NCBI GenBank assembly: GCA_963422735.1
Contig: OY730476.1
Span: forward strand, 2,240,001-2,304,000
DNA: 64,000 nucleotides
Direction of reading: 5' to 3'
From: Candidatus Latescibacterota bacterium
GTDB taxonomy: Bacteria; Latescibacterota; UBA2968; UBA8231
Part shown: positions 1 to 9,693 of the stretch, piece after piece
Numbering within the stretch: the first letter of the stretch is position 1
Layout of the letters: the number at the start of each line of letters is the position of its first letter
Translations under genes and position numbers: made by a program
The notes under the pieces: generated by a model
The model's input: only the letters and a program-made list of their open reading frames with translations
The model's database searches: none
What the model was told of the DNA's origin: nothing

Positions 1-1458
1 CGCGCTCATTGCCCGCCGCCAAGTATTCGGCCTTGAGCTGTGACAGCGCGTCACCGGCGTAGTCTTCGTCCAGCGCGAGGCCGTATTGCCCGGCGGCGTT
101 AATGCCGAAGATCGCGTTTTTCACCGGACCGTCGGCCGGGCCGGGCCGAGCGGCGCTAGATCGAGCTTGTCCTGCAAGTCGGGCGGCAGTTCAATCCGGC
201 GAAAGGCCTCAATCTGCCGTTGCGGCGAGCCAAACCAAATCGAATCCGCCCCCCACAACACCTGATCAACGCCGAGTCCCTTGACTAATTTGGCCACCAT
301 GGCCGCGGCCAGTCGCGGATGCGTAATCGCCAGCGCCCCGAACGACAGGCCAATATCCGCGTACACGTTCGACACCCCGTATTCAGCCGGGATGGCAGCC
401 AGCTCGTCGATCCAAGCCAGCCGCCCGGTACGCTCAAATTCCTCGCGGACCGCTTCGGCGTCTCGCCATATCTTCAAACCCGCGTGGTAGATGTGAAAAT
501 TCAGGTCGGGCCACGCTGCCGCCGCGCCGCCCACGTCCTCGACACTGGCGTATTGCCAGTTGGAAATGCGCTCGTAGTCAATCGGCAAAACGCCCTTGTG
601 GATGCAGATGTTGCGCGCGCCGAGCTGGCGGGCCTTTTCGTAGGTGGGCCACGTCCGTTCTTCGTCGTCGAGACGCTAAGGCCGGTCAAAGGTGGGATGG
701 TAGCCCAGCACATCGCCGATGGTGTAGCCCTTCCAAGAGTCCACCTTCAATTCCGTTGCCGCCGGTTCCATCAGTTCAAGGTACTCCGATGCACTCGGCC
801 AGATGACCCCGTGGGCGAACATCCGCCGCGTACCGGCAATCTTGTTGACTTGGTCCCGCGTGGCGACCATCTGCCGATCGGACAACAGCGTCTTTTCGGG
901 ATCGACCGAAGGCGAGGTGCTCAACAGCGCGAGCGTGGTATCGCTGTCGAAAAACATGTCTTTGACGTAGTAATCGAACTTGTAGTACTTCAGGTCCAGC
1001 TCCTGCTCAACCAGCACTGGATTCCAAGGGGTCCGGGCTTGGTTGTTGCCCCGCGCCACATCGCGCAGCCAGAGCTGGCCTTCCCAAGTGTAGTCCTCGC
1101 GCACGTGGTGGGTGTGGACGTCAAAGATAAACTGGTCGCGAGTTTGGTTGCGCTGGTCTTTGGCGGCCGCGGGGTCTTCGGCCTCTGTGGATCGACGCGA
1201 TAGACATCGCCATAGACTTGACTCATCGCCATAAACGCCGCGGCCATGCCGCTGGGCGAGTGGAGATACCGCTGGCGGTATCTCCTAGAAATCGGTCTTT
1301 TCGCACATCAGCACCTCAGCCTGAGCTTGGCGGCGAGACTGCGGCGGCGGGAAGCACTCACCGCTGGATACGACTTGGGTAGGGATGGGCGTCTCGACCC
1401 GCTTGCGGTAGCCGCGCTGCACATGCAGCAACTGCCTTGCGGTGAGCCAATCAGACAT
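1..1458 (-). pseudogene. Amidohydrolase_2-family metallohydrolase, disrupted; runs off window start
   Basis: Fragments in several frames: ETPIPTQVVSSGE, FIFDVHTH metal motif, WKGYTIG, ICIHKG, PDLNFHIYHAG, VLWGADSIWFGSP. In-frame TAG at 676-678 (P*RLDD) plus frameshifts. Confidence 0.75.
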
Positions 1459-1583
1459 GGTTAGGGTCCTTTCTTGTGACTGAAGATACGCTACAATAGC
1501 CGTAGTGCATTAATCCGCCGCACTTTACTTTCATCCCCACGCCGAGCACACCACGTGCGCCGGCTTCACTCGGAGGGTTTATC

Positions 1584-2585
1584 ATGCGCATCGGCATCAT
1601 GGGCGTTCACTACGGCCACATCAGGGGCATGATCCAGTCCGCCTTACAGGCGCAAAACGGGCACATCGTCGGCTTGGTTGAAGACGACGACGCGCTGTGT
1701 GCGCGCTACGCATCCATCCCCCGCTTTGCCACTTTAGAGGACATGATCGCCCGCGCCCGACCCGATCTAATCCTCGAAGGCTTGATCCACCACGAGAAAA
1801 CCGCGCTCGTGGAGACCTGCGCCCGCGCCGGTATTCACCTGCTCCTCGATAAACCCCTGTGCCGCACGCTCGACGACTGGGATCGCATGCGCTGCGCTGT
1901 CGCCGAGTGTGCGATCCACGTGTCCATGTGGTTTACCTCGCGCAGCTATCCGCCGTTTATCGCCCTGCGCCAAGCCATTCTCGACGGTGCGCTCGGGACC
2001 CTCGCCAGCCTCATCTCCACCCACCCGCACAAGCTCGGCCGCTCGACGGCCCCGGCGTGGTATTTCGACCCGAATCAGTACACGGGCACGTTCCACGATC
2101 TGGCTTGCCACGGCGTCGATCAAATCCGCTGGCTCACCGGGGCCGAATGTGTCGGCGTCCACGCCCTCACCACTTGCAAGCGGTTCACGGCCGAGCCGCG
2201 CCTAGACGACCACGTGCAGGCTTCCTTCGAGCTATCCGACGGCGCATTAGCAACCCTCACCGCCGACTGGCTCACGCCCCAAGCGGCGCCCTCGTTTGGC
2301 GACACCCGCTTCATCGTCATGGGCACAGCCGGCTCGGCGCACCTGCGCGCTTATGCCGACGATCACCTGCTCATCGCCACCAACGAGCGCGGTCCGTACT
2401 CACCCGATTTGCCCGCAGACCGAAGCGGCGCATTCGTCGCCAACCTAATCGACGCCATTGAACGCAGCACCGACCTCTTCATCCCCACCCGATCGGTGTT
2501 CGCCACGGCCCAAGCCTGCCTGTTGGCCCAAGAGTCCGCCCGGCAAGGGGGCGCGTTCCTCCGCATTCCGCCGTTTGCGCTATGA
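1584..2585 (+). CDS. Gfo/Idh/MocA family oxidoreductase
   Basis: MRIGIMG Rossmann start, LLDKPL and DLACHGVD motifs; RBS GGAGG upstream. Confidence 0.9.
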   Translation: MRIGIMGVHYGHIRGMIQSALQAQNGHIVGLVEDDDALCARYASIPRFATLEDMIARARPDLILEGLIHHEKTALVETCARAGIHLLLDKPLCRTLDDWDRMRCAVAECAIHVSMWFTSRSYPPFIALRQAILDGALGTLASLISTHPHKLGRSTAPAWYFDPNQYTGTFHDLACHGVDQIRWLTGAECVGVHALTTCKRFTAEPRLDDHVQASFELSDGALATLTADWLTPQAAPSFGDTRFIVMGTAGSAHLRAYADDHLLIATNERGPYSPDLPADRSGAFVANLIDAIERSTDLFIPTRSVFATAQACLLAQESARQGGAFLRIPPFAL

Positions 2586-3343
2586 GCGACAAGTTCGGCA
2601 TGGACCTAGCCGCCGAATTAGGATCGCAGATCCAAAAGGTCGAGCCGCGCTTTGGGCTAGCGTCTTTCCTCGCGTCCTTCGCCCACACGTCAAACGGCGG
2701 TTGGGCCAGCCAAATCGCCGCAGCCCTCGCTGAGCACCTGCCGCCCCACTACCCCGACGCCCTGCGTATCTTGCACCAGATCCTCGGCCCAATGCACCCC
2801 GCCGACTACCCCATACCCGACCAAGGCTACAAGCTAGCACCCATCGCCCATTTTGTCGCTCAATACGGGCAGGCGCACTTTGCCACGTCTATGGCCGCAC
2901 TCGCCGCACTGGCCACGCGCACGTATGCCGCCCAAGTCGCACTGCGCTCGTTCATAGCGCTCCAGCCCGAACGCACACTGGCGCAATTGTACGCGTGGAC
3001 CAAGCATCCCAACGCCCGCATCCGCCGCCTCGTCAGCGACGCCACGCGCCCTCGTCTGCGCCTGCGGATCATGCCCGGGGTCAACCAACTAACCGCCTTC
3101 ATCGCCGACCCGCGCCCCCTGCTCGACTTGCTGGAGTACCTAAAAGACGACCCCTGCCCCCAAGTGCGGAAATCCGTGGCCGGCAACCTAAGCGACATCC
3201 TCAAAGACAACCCCGACGCCGCGTACGCCTGTCTAACGCGCTGGCGCGCCGATGCCAGCAAGCAACGCGTACAAATCGTGCGCCACGCTCTGCGCTCTGC
3301 GCGCAAAAAAGGCGATCCGCGCGCCCTCGCCTTACTCCCGTAA
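2582..3343 (+). CDS. DNA alkylation repair protein (AlkC-like, HEAT repeat)
   Basis: WTKHPNARIRRLVSDATRPRL and LKDDPCPQVRKSVAGNLSDILKDNPD motifs; ATGA overlap with upstream gene. Confidence 0.8.
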   Translation: MSDKFGMDLAAELGSQIQKVEPRFGLASFLASFAHTSNGGWASQIAAALAEHLPPHYPDALRILHQILGPMHPADYPIPDQGYKLAPIAHFVAQYGQAHFATSMAALAALATRTYAAQVALRSFIALQPERTLAQLYAWTKHPNARIRRLVSDATRPRLRLRIMPGVNQLTAFIADPRPLLDLLEYLKDDPCPQVRKSVAGNLSDILKDNPDAAYACLTRWRADASKQRVQIVRHALRSARKKGDPRALALLP

Positions 3344-3373
3344 TTCGCAATTTCTTCAGCGAGGTATAAAACC

Positions 3374-4837
3374 ATGTCCACCACGCTCATCGACCCAAAA
3401 AAGCACCGCCAGCTCTTCCTCGACAGTCGCGCCTTAGTCTCTGAACAAGGCACCGCCCGCACTCTGCACCCTCCCAAAAGGTGCGGCCCCTGCATCACCG
3501 GCGGCATCCAGAGCCGCAGCGCACCCTTGTGGAACCCGGACGAGGCGCACTACGAATGGTGGTACAACGGCCCGCAGGCCCGCTTTGCCATCTCCCGCGA
3601 CGGCGAGCACTGGGAGCAACCCTCCCTCGGGTTATGCGAATGGGACGGCAGCAAAGACAACAACATCGCCTGCGACCCCAACGGCCCGGGCCTGTACCAC
3701 ATCGTCCGCGACGAGCGCGATCCAGACCCGAGCCGCCGCTACAAGGCCCTGTTCGACGCGCTCGACGGCCGCTGCGGCGCCATTTCGCCCGACGGCTTTG
3801 CCTGGACCCCGCTCACCAGCTCCTTTATCCCCAGCCAAGACGAGTCCCAGTTCGCGTACGATCCCTATACAGAGCAGTACCTCGCCTTGGTCAAGCAACC
3901 CACCGAGTGGGGCCGCTCGGTCTGGCTGGCGACCAGCCGCGATTTCGACCACTTCACCGCGCCCGAACTCATCTTACACGCCGACGAAACCGACTGGGAA
4001 AACTGCCGTCAGCGCGTCCGCACCATCATCGAAGACCCAGCGTACATCACCCCACCAATCGTCGATGACGAAGACTACCACGCCGAGATCTACAACATGG
4101 CCGTCATGCCCTATCAGGGGCTGTACATCGGCTTCCCCACGGTTTTCAACCCCATCGGTGCCATCCCGCCGCCAGCCACCAACTTCACCCGCATCAACCA
4201 GATCGAAATGGCGGTCTCGCGCGACCTGCACACTTGGGATCGCGTGGCCGACCGCACGCCCTTTATCGGCATTGAACCCTTTGACGGGGAAAACTACGGC
4301 ACCAGCCAGCTCCTCATGGCCGGTGCGCCGCTGGTGCGCGAAGATGGCGAGATTTGGATTTACTACAACGCCCTTCGCATACCGAGTAGCGTGGAAATGT
4401 ACCGGCGCTTCAACCGCTGCAAGGAGTTATTCCGGCTCGGAGTAGAAGAGCGCCACTTCGCCGACCCGGGCGCACTCTGCTTGGCCAAGCTGCCGCCCGA
4501 CCGCTTCGTCTCCATCGACGGCGACGAAATCGCCACCCTCGTCACCCAGCCCTTCCACTGGCGCGGCGAAGACCTCTACCTCAACGCCGACGCCCGCTGG
4601 GGCGCGATATACGCCGAGATCCAAGACGCCGAGACCGGCCGGCCCCATCCCGGCTTCTGGGTGCCCGGGGAGGAACCACCGCCTTTCACCGGCGACAGCC
4701 TGCGGGGCAAATACGCGTGGAAACACCCGCATGACTTGGTATTTGAAAAACCAGTGCGCCTAAAGTTCTACCTGCACCAAGCGCGGCTATACGCCTATTG
4801 GCTGGAAGACCGCAATAATGCACGACGTGCTGAGTAG
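3374..4837 (+). CDS. Hypothetical five-bladed beta-propeller glycoside-hydrolase-like protein (GH32/43-like fold)
   Basis: HRQLFLDS start, SRDGEHW/SPDGFAW/SRDLHTW Asp-box-like repeats, C-terminal LYLNADA...VRLKFYL sandwich; RBS GAGG. Confidence 0.65.
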   Translation: MSTTLIDPKKHRQLFLDSRALVSEQGTARTLHPPKRCGPCITGGIQSRSAPLWNPDEAHYEWWYNGPQARFAISRDGEHWEQPSLGLCEWDGSKDNNIACDPNGPGLYHIVRDERDPDPSRRYKALFDALDGRCGAISPDGFAWTPLTSSFIPSQDESQFAYDPYTEQYLALVKQPTEWGRSVWLATSRDFDHFTAPELILHADETDWENCRQRVRTIIEDPAYITPPIVDDEDYHAEIYNMAVMPYQGLYIGFPTVFNPIGAIPPPATNFTRINQIEMAVSRDLHTWDRVADRTPFIGIEPFDGENYGTSQLLMAGAPLVREDGEIWIYYNALRIPSSVEMYRRFNRCKELFRLGVEERHFADPGALCLAKLPPDRFVSIDGDEIATLVTQPFHWRGEDLYLNADARWGAIYAEIQDAETGRPHPGFWVPGEEPPPFTGDSLRGKYAWKHPHDLVFEKPVRLKFYLHQARLYAYWLEDRNNARRAE

Positions 4838-5146
4838 GGATCTACACCGCGTCGAGAACTACCGCCGCGGCTACACAGCACCGACAGCGCGGCTTCCGCG
4901 CTGCTACGTGTATTGACCTGCTTTTGAAGTACTAGAAATCCGTAGGATTGGATTTGTGGAGGTAAGGTAACGCTCGACCCTGTACAGTATCAATTTCCGG
5001 AATTTCCTAGTGTACGGTTGGGGATTCCGGTTTCATGTAGGCGGTATCACTCGGCTGGCCCGTAGCCCTCGTCCGGGCCCGCGCGGTCCCCCGCGTCAAT
5101 GTTCCGGGGCCCGTCGCCGGGTACCCGCCGCCAAGGGGGCGGATGG

Positions 5147-5181
5147 GACTGATCACTAACCACTGATCACTAACCACTGAT
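5147..5181. repeat. Heptamer tandem repeat (cactgat/cactaac), 5 units
   Basis: gactgat cactaac cactgat cactaac cactgat read directly. Confidence 0.85.
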
Positions 5182-5219
5182 TAAACAGTCCTTATTCTAG
5201 AAAAGTCCGTCAGTTTCGG

Positions 5220-5474
5220 CTAGCCCGAAAAGACCTTAATGGCCACCGTCAACAGCAAGCCCATCATCGCCGCCCACATGCCGATCATCGTGCCAATCAG
5301 CCAGCGAAAATCCCGTCAGTGGCTGCTCTCCAAGCTGTTCATGCGGCTCTCTAAGTCGCTCTTCACGCTGCTTATGTGGGCCTCCAAGCTGCCTAAGCGG
5401 TCGTTGATCTGCTCAGTAATGCCTTCGAGGCGGCCAATGCGGTCGCCGTAGTCGAGGGGGGAACGTTCTGCCAT
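5220..5474 (-). pseudogene. Small coiled-coil + C-terminal TM protein (DUF1640/Bdr-like) with in-frame TGA
   Basis: MAERSPLDYGDRIGRLEG...ESSH*RDFRWLIGTMIGMWAAMMGLLLTVAIKVFSG; the frame continues past TGA 5316-5318 into a TM helix; RBS GGAGAGG. Confidence 0.65.
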
Positions 5475-5580
5475 GCCTGCCTCTCCTTCTTGGTAGGCTA
5501 ACGTATTCGCCGCCGGGCACCTATTCAATAGAGAACCCTGCTGTTCGGCAAAAGCAAAACGCGGACCAGAAGCGCTAGCT

Positions 5581-7533
5581 TCAGCGCACCAACGTCATCT
5601 TCCCGGTCCGCACCCCACCCACAGCATCCAAGCGATACAGGTACACGCCGCTGGCCACCGCCCGTCCCGCGTCGTCTCGCCCATCCCATCGCGCCACGTG
5701 CCACCCCGAGGCCGCCCCGCCCTGCACGAGGATCCGCACCTGCTGGCCGTTTAGCGCATAGACCGCCAGATGCACTGGCCCGGCGGCTGGCAGCGCGTAG
5801 CGAATCGCGGTCGTTGCGTTGAACGGGTTGGGATAATTGGCGGCCAACGCCAGCGCGACTGGCTGCGACGCGGCTTCGGGGAGCACCGCCGTCAGCATCG
5901 GCCCCACAATCCGCAGTTCGTCGAACCAGAACTGGACCCCGTCTAAGGCGTGGTGTTCGGCTACAATGTCGAAGCGATCGACGGCCTGCCAGTCGAACGC
6001 GCCGATCGGATTGAACCACTCATTCTCCCAAGCCCCGTGTTCGGCGAGGTCGCGCAAGGGGATGTGCATCGCGTGCCACGCGCCGTCCCAAGCGGCCACT
6101 TGCTCATCTATGGTGTAGCGCATGCGCCAAGGATGGTCGTCCGGGTCTTCTGCATCCGTATCGACCAACCGGATATCGAACGACGACCCCGGGGTATCCC
6201 CCCGCACCCAGAACTCGACCGCATAGCCCGCCGTGGCCAACGCGGACAGGTCCTTGAAGGGCTTGAAATCGAAGCCAATGAATCCGTAGAGCGGCACCCC
6301 GGTCCAGCGCATGCAGTAACGGCCCACTGCTGGATCCGCCTCGACATAGTAATCGACCGTGCCCGCACTGAGATGGTTGGACTCGACCATGTGCGGGCCG
6401 AGGAAGTCGTCGTAGAGCACAAAACCCTGCTGGTCCGGCTCGGCCATAAAATCCCGTTGCGGCGGCACGTTCAGCCCCAACGCCTCCAACAGGGGCACGT
6501 TCAGGTCAAACTCGAACAACTCGCTCGACCCGCGCTCAAACAGCCCAAAACCGCCTCGGTAGTCCCAAATAGTCCACGCGATGCCCCGGTCCTCCAAGTG
6601 CTGCCGCACCCCCTCGTACCACAAGACGCGGTCGCGGTTGTCGCTGTTGGGGCTGAACACTCCAAATTCCCCGCAAAAAAGCGGCACGCCGCGATCCTTC
6701 TGAAAGGCCGCAGCCTCGTCGATCAGGATGCGCACCTGCGCGATGGTGCCCTCTTGGCTGTAATTGCCCAGCGCATTGCCGACCCAAGTGCCCAGCAGGG
6801 AGGGGGGCAAGGCGGGCATGTGCGCCCGCTCGTAGGGAAAGGGCACACCGCGCAGCGGCACCAAGGAGGGATCGACCCAGCTAGCCCCTTGGTGGGTAAA
6901 GACGAAAGGCTCGTAGAAGTGAAACGTGTACACGAGGTTGTCGTCGGCAAAAACCGGCATCCGGTGCAGGTTGCGGAAGCTGTTCCAGTTGGACGGGCCA
7001 ACGACGATTGCGTGCTGCTGATCAACCTGCCGGATCGCGTCGATTACCTGTTGCTGGATCGCGTTCCAAGCCGCGTCGCTAATACCGTGCGGCTCGTTGA
7101 GGATCTCGTAGTAGAGCTGGGCCGGATGCGCGGCAAAGTGCGCGGCGAGCTGGGTCCACACCGGCACCAACACGTCGCCGACCTGCGGCGAGGTACTCAC
7201 CGCCGGATCGAACGTGTGGTTATCCAAGATCAGATGCAGCCCCAACTCGTCGGCCCAATCCGCGATTTGATCTAGAAAGACGTAGAGCAAGGGGTCGATG
7301 CGATAGTCCGGCGGGCCGCTGGTCATGGCGTGCAGATTAATCGGCAGGCGCACCACATCGCAGCCGAGCTGTTGGATCTGCGCGAAGTCGGCCCGGCTAA
7401 ACTTGGCAAAGTGTACGTGCTGCGCACTGGGCACTTGCAGCCAATTGGTCAGGTTGACGCCCCGTCGGAACGGGATTTCGGCACTCCACGCAGCGGCAGT
7501 CCAACACAAAAGCATGAGACAAACTTTTCGCAT
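5581..7533 (-). CDS. Exported GH5 glycoside hydrolase with CBM-like module and FlgD-Ig/T9SS type A-like C-terminal domain
   Basis: Signal peptide, RGVNL, YEILNEPH (acid/base Glu), HFYEPFVFTHQGA, CGEFG (nucleophile); C-term NYPNPFN...WDGRDDAG...SGVYLYRL...KMTLVR. Confidence 0.9.
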   Translation of the reverse strand: MRKVCLMLLCWTAAAWSAEIPFRRGVNLTNWLQVPSAQHVHFAKFSRADFAQIQQLGCDVVRLPINLHAMTSGPPDYRIDPLLYVFLDQIADWADELGLHLILDNHTFDPAVSTSPQVGDVLVPVWTQLAAHFAAHPAQLYYEILNEPHGISDAAWNAIQQQVIDAIRQVDQQHAIVVGPSNWNSFRNLHRMPVFADDNLVYTFHFYEPFVFTHQGASWVDPSLVPLRGVPFPYERAHMPALPPSLLGTWVGNALGNYSQEGTIAQVRILIDEAAAFQKDRGVPLFCGEFGVFSPNSDNRDRVLWYEGVRQHLEDRGIAWTIWDYRGGFGLFERGSSELFEFDLNVPLLEALGLNVPPQRDFMAEPDQQGFVLYDDFLGPHMVESNHLSAGTVDYYVEADPAVGRYCMRWTGVPLYGFIGFDFKPFKDLSALATAGYAVEFWVRGDTPGSSFDIRLVDTDAEDPDDHPWRMRYTIDEQVAAWDGAWHAMHIPLRDLAEHGAWENEWFNPIGAFDWQAVDRFDIVAEHHALDGVQFWFDELRIVGPMLTAVLPEAASQPVALALAANYPNPFNATTAIRYALPAAGPVHLAVYALNGQQVRILVQGGAASGWHVARWDGRDDAGRAVASGVYLYRLDAVGGVRTGKMTLVR

Positions 7534-7536
7534 TCC

Positions 7537-7878
7537 CTAATCCTCACTCCCGCCAACAGCATCGGCAACGCTCGCAGTTGGCGTTTTAGGGGATCCAGCA
7601 CATACCCCGAGGCCCATACCGAGAAGATGGCTATCGCCGGGCTCGCCCGCGGCCGCCCGCTGTTCCTTGTAGCGAAACAGTGCATCGCCCAAATGGCGTT
7701 CGATCTGGTCGCCATTGGCCAAGGTAAAGGTCCGACGAGAGTGCTGCCGAATGCCCAAGGCCTCTAGGACAGGACGTTGGACGACCGAATAGACGGCACC
7801 GGAGTCCACTAAAAAACGCTCGGTGTGAAAGCCCTCGGAGCGAGCGGAGTTGGCGATGGCGAGAAAGGTACGTCCCAT
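7537..7878 (-). pseudogene. Clan AA aspartyl protease (AF_0612-like), frameshifted
   Basis: FLVDSGAVYSV and TFTLANG motifs; the expected C-terminus GYVLDPLKRQLRALPMLL lies in another frame. Confidence 0.7.
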
Positions 7879-8188
7879 AAAATGCTCTGTTTTTGATATT
7901 GCGGTTAGGCCGCTTCCAAGCCCTCCGCTCTATCATCGCTTTTTTGCGTGCGAAGTCAAGGCAGATCAGAAGGGTTTAATACCCCAAGCAGCCGGTTCCA
8001 CCTTTATGACTCAGTAACTTTCTCGCATTCGCGCCAAGGATTCATAGATGTGCCGGTACGGCGGCGCGTACAGGTTCGCCAACGCCGGCCAGCCGCCAAG
8101 AATGTACGCCGATTCATGACAATAGCTCTCTGAGACTACATTAGGTGTATTTGCATAGGCCAAGCGCCGCAATGGCCCTTCGTCTAAT

Positions 8189-8245
8189 TTTCAGTTGCGG
8201 CAACAGATTCTTTACCACAATCTTTCAGTTGCGGCAACAGATTCT
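8189..8245. repeat. 23-bp direct repeat x2 with internal palindrome
   Basis: tttcagttgcggcaacagattct at 8189-8211 and 8223-8245; core gttgc-g-gcaac. Confidence 0.85.
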
Positions 8246-8425
8246 CAACAATCGGTTGAGCGGCGAGTTCCCGCCGAACGGCAACCTCGAAAATCCGTTC
8301 AGCGGCCCGCTTCCACAGAGCCTGACGAGGCTGTCGAGACTGGAGTGGGAACTGTTCAACAAAACCTGATAGCATCCCCTATCTCCCGCCTAGTTTGAGA
8401 CCATTAGGCCCACAGGAGCCACGCC

Positions 8426-9682
8426 GTGAACATCACCACCATCGAAGTCATTCCCCTGCGCCTTCCCTATGAGGACCGCATCCGCAAGGCGTTCTACCAC
8501 TTCGGCATGAGCGAAGAGGTGACCGTGTATAAGTTCCACACCGATACCGGCCTAGTGGGCTTGGGTGAAAACCCCGGCCCGCCCTTTGAGCAGAGCTTGC
8601 TCGACGCCTACCTCGGCACCAACCCTTTCGACCACGTCATGGGCACCGGACGCTTCAATCTCGACATGGCCTGTTACGACCTGATGGGCAAACACCTCGG
8701 GCTGCCGGCCTATAAGCTAATGGGCCAACAGGTGCGGGAGTGGGTGAGCATGGGCTGGTGGATGCCCAGCATGTCGCCGGAAGATTCGGCCGCCGAGGTG
8801 CAAGAAGCCGCGGCTCGTGGCTATCGCGGGCTGAAATGCAAGGCCCGCGCCTTCTACGACGTAGTCGAGCAAGCCGAGGCCATGCAGGAGGCAGCCCCGC
8901 CCGACTTCCGCATTGAATTCGACTTCAACGGCGCACTCGTCAACGTCGAAAAAGCCCTTCCTATCCTGCGCCAGCTAGAGCAGATTCCCATAGTCAAAGG
9001 AGTCGAGGAGCCGATTTTCGCCTATGACATCGAGGGCTGGCGACGCTTGCACCAAGAGATCCGCATTCCCTTCTACCTCCACGGCGTCAGCACGATCTTC
9101 GACGGCCCCTCGCGCCAGCCTTCTGGGCCTTGGCTTGGGCTGCGTGCTGGCGATTTCGACGGCGCGCTCTGTAGCCACGAGACCCTCCGCAACGCGCTGG
9201 CTGCTTCTTGGGCCTTTGCCGCGGCCAATACCCCAATCCTTTTGCAGTACGTCGGCACGGGCATCACCGCGGCCTTCGCCTGCCACCTAGGCGCGGTCAT
9301 GCACACAGCCACCCTACCGGGCGTAACCACCCATCACACCTACGAAGACGACCTGATCGTCGAGCCACACCCCGTTCAGCGCGGCTTTATGAAGGTGCCC
9401 ACAGGCCCAGGCTTAGGGGTAGAACTGGACGAGGACGCAATCGTGCGCTACCGCGATGTGCCCGCGCCCCAATGGCCGCGCCACTTCTCAGTCGTAACCC
9501 TGCCCGGCGGCCTCAAACACTACTACCGCAACCTGCGACAGGCCGAGCGCCTAATGAAACAAGGCGTTGACGAAGCCTTCGCCCCTGGCGTCCGCCTCAC
9601 CGAGCGCGAAGACGACGGCAGCGCGGATTTCGATAGGCTCTGGCGCAGGCTCCAAGAACGCGATTGGCCCGTCTGGGCCTAG
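8426..9682 (+). CDS. Enolase-superfamily (mandelate racemase/muconate cycloisomerase-like) enzyme
   Basis: NITTIEVIPLRLP, TDTGLVGLGE, YDLMGKHLGLP, LKCK, DFNG, EEP, PTGPGLGVELD; RBS AGGAG. Confidence 0.9.
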   Translation: MNITTIEVIPLRLPYEDRIRKAFYHFGMSEEVTVYKFHTDTGLVGLGENPGPPFEQSLLDAYLGTNPFDHVMGTGRFNLDMACYDLMGKHLGLPAYKLMGQQVREWVSMGWWMPSMSPEDSAAEVQEAAARGYRGLKCKARAFYDVVEQAEAMQEAAPPDFRIEFDFNGALVNVEKALPILRQLEQIPIVKGVEEPIFAYDIEGWRRLHQEIRIPFYLHGVSTIFDGPSRQPSGPWLGLRAGDFDGALCSHETLRNALAASWAFAAANTPILLQYVGTGITAAFACHLGAVMHTATLPGVTTHHTYEDDLIVEPHPVQRGFMKVPTGPGLGVELDEDAIVRYRDVPAPQWPRHFSVVTLPGGLKHYYRNLRQAERLMKQGVDEAFAPGVRLTEREDDGSADFDRLWRRLQERDWPVWA

Positions 9683-9693
9683 AGGAGGCTCCC

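Noticed and set aside
4900-5145. Structured ncRNA (6S, SRP, RNase P, tmRNA) in a GC-rich intergenic stretch
   Set aside because: Hairpin potential exists but I could not find diagnostic motifs on either strand; an Rfam scan is needed.
5950-7275. Long antisense ORFs (also 11345-12661, 15043-16320, 54438-55451)
   Set aside because: GC-rich shadow frames opposite well-supported genes, with no recognisable motifs.
8189-8245. Mini-CRISPR
   Set aside because: Only two copies with an 11-nt spacer.
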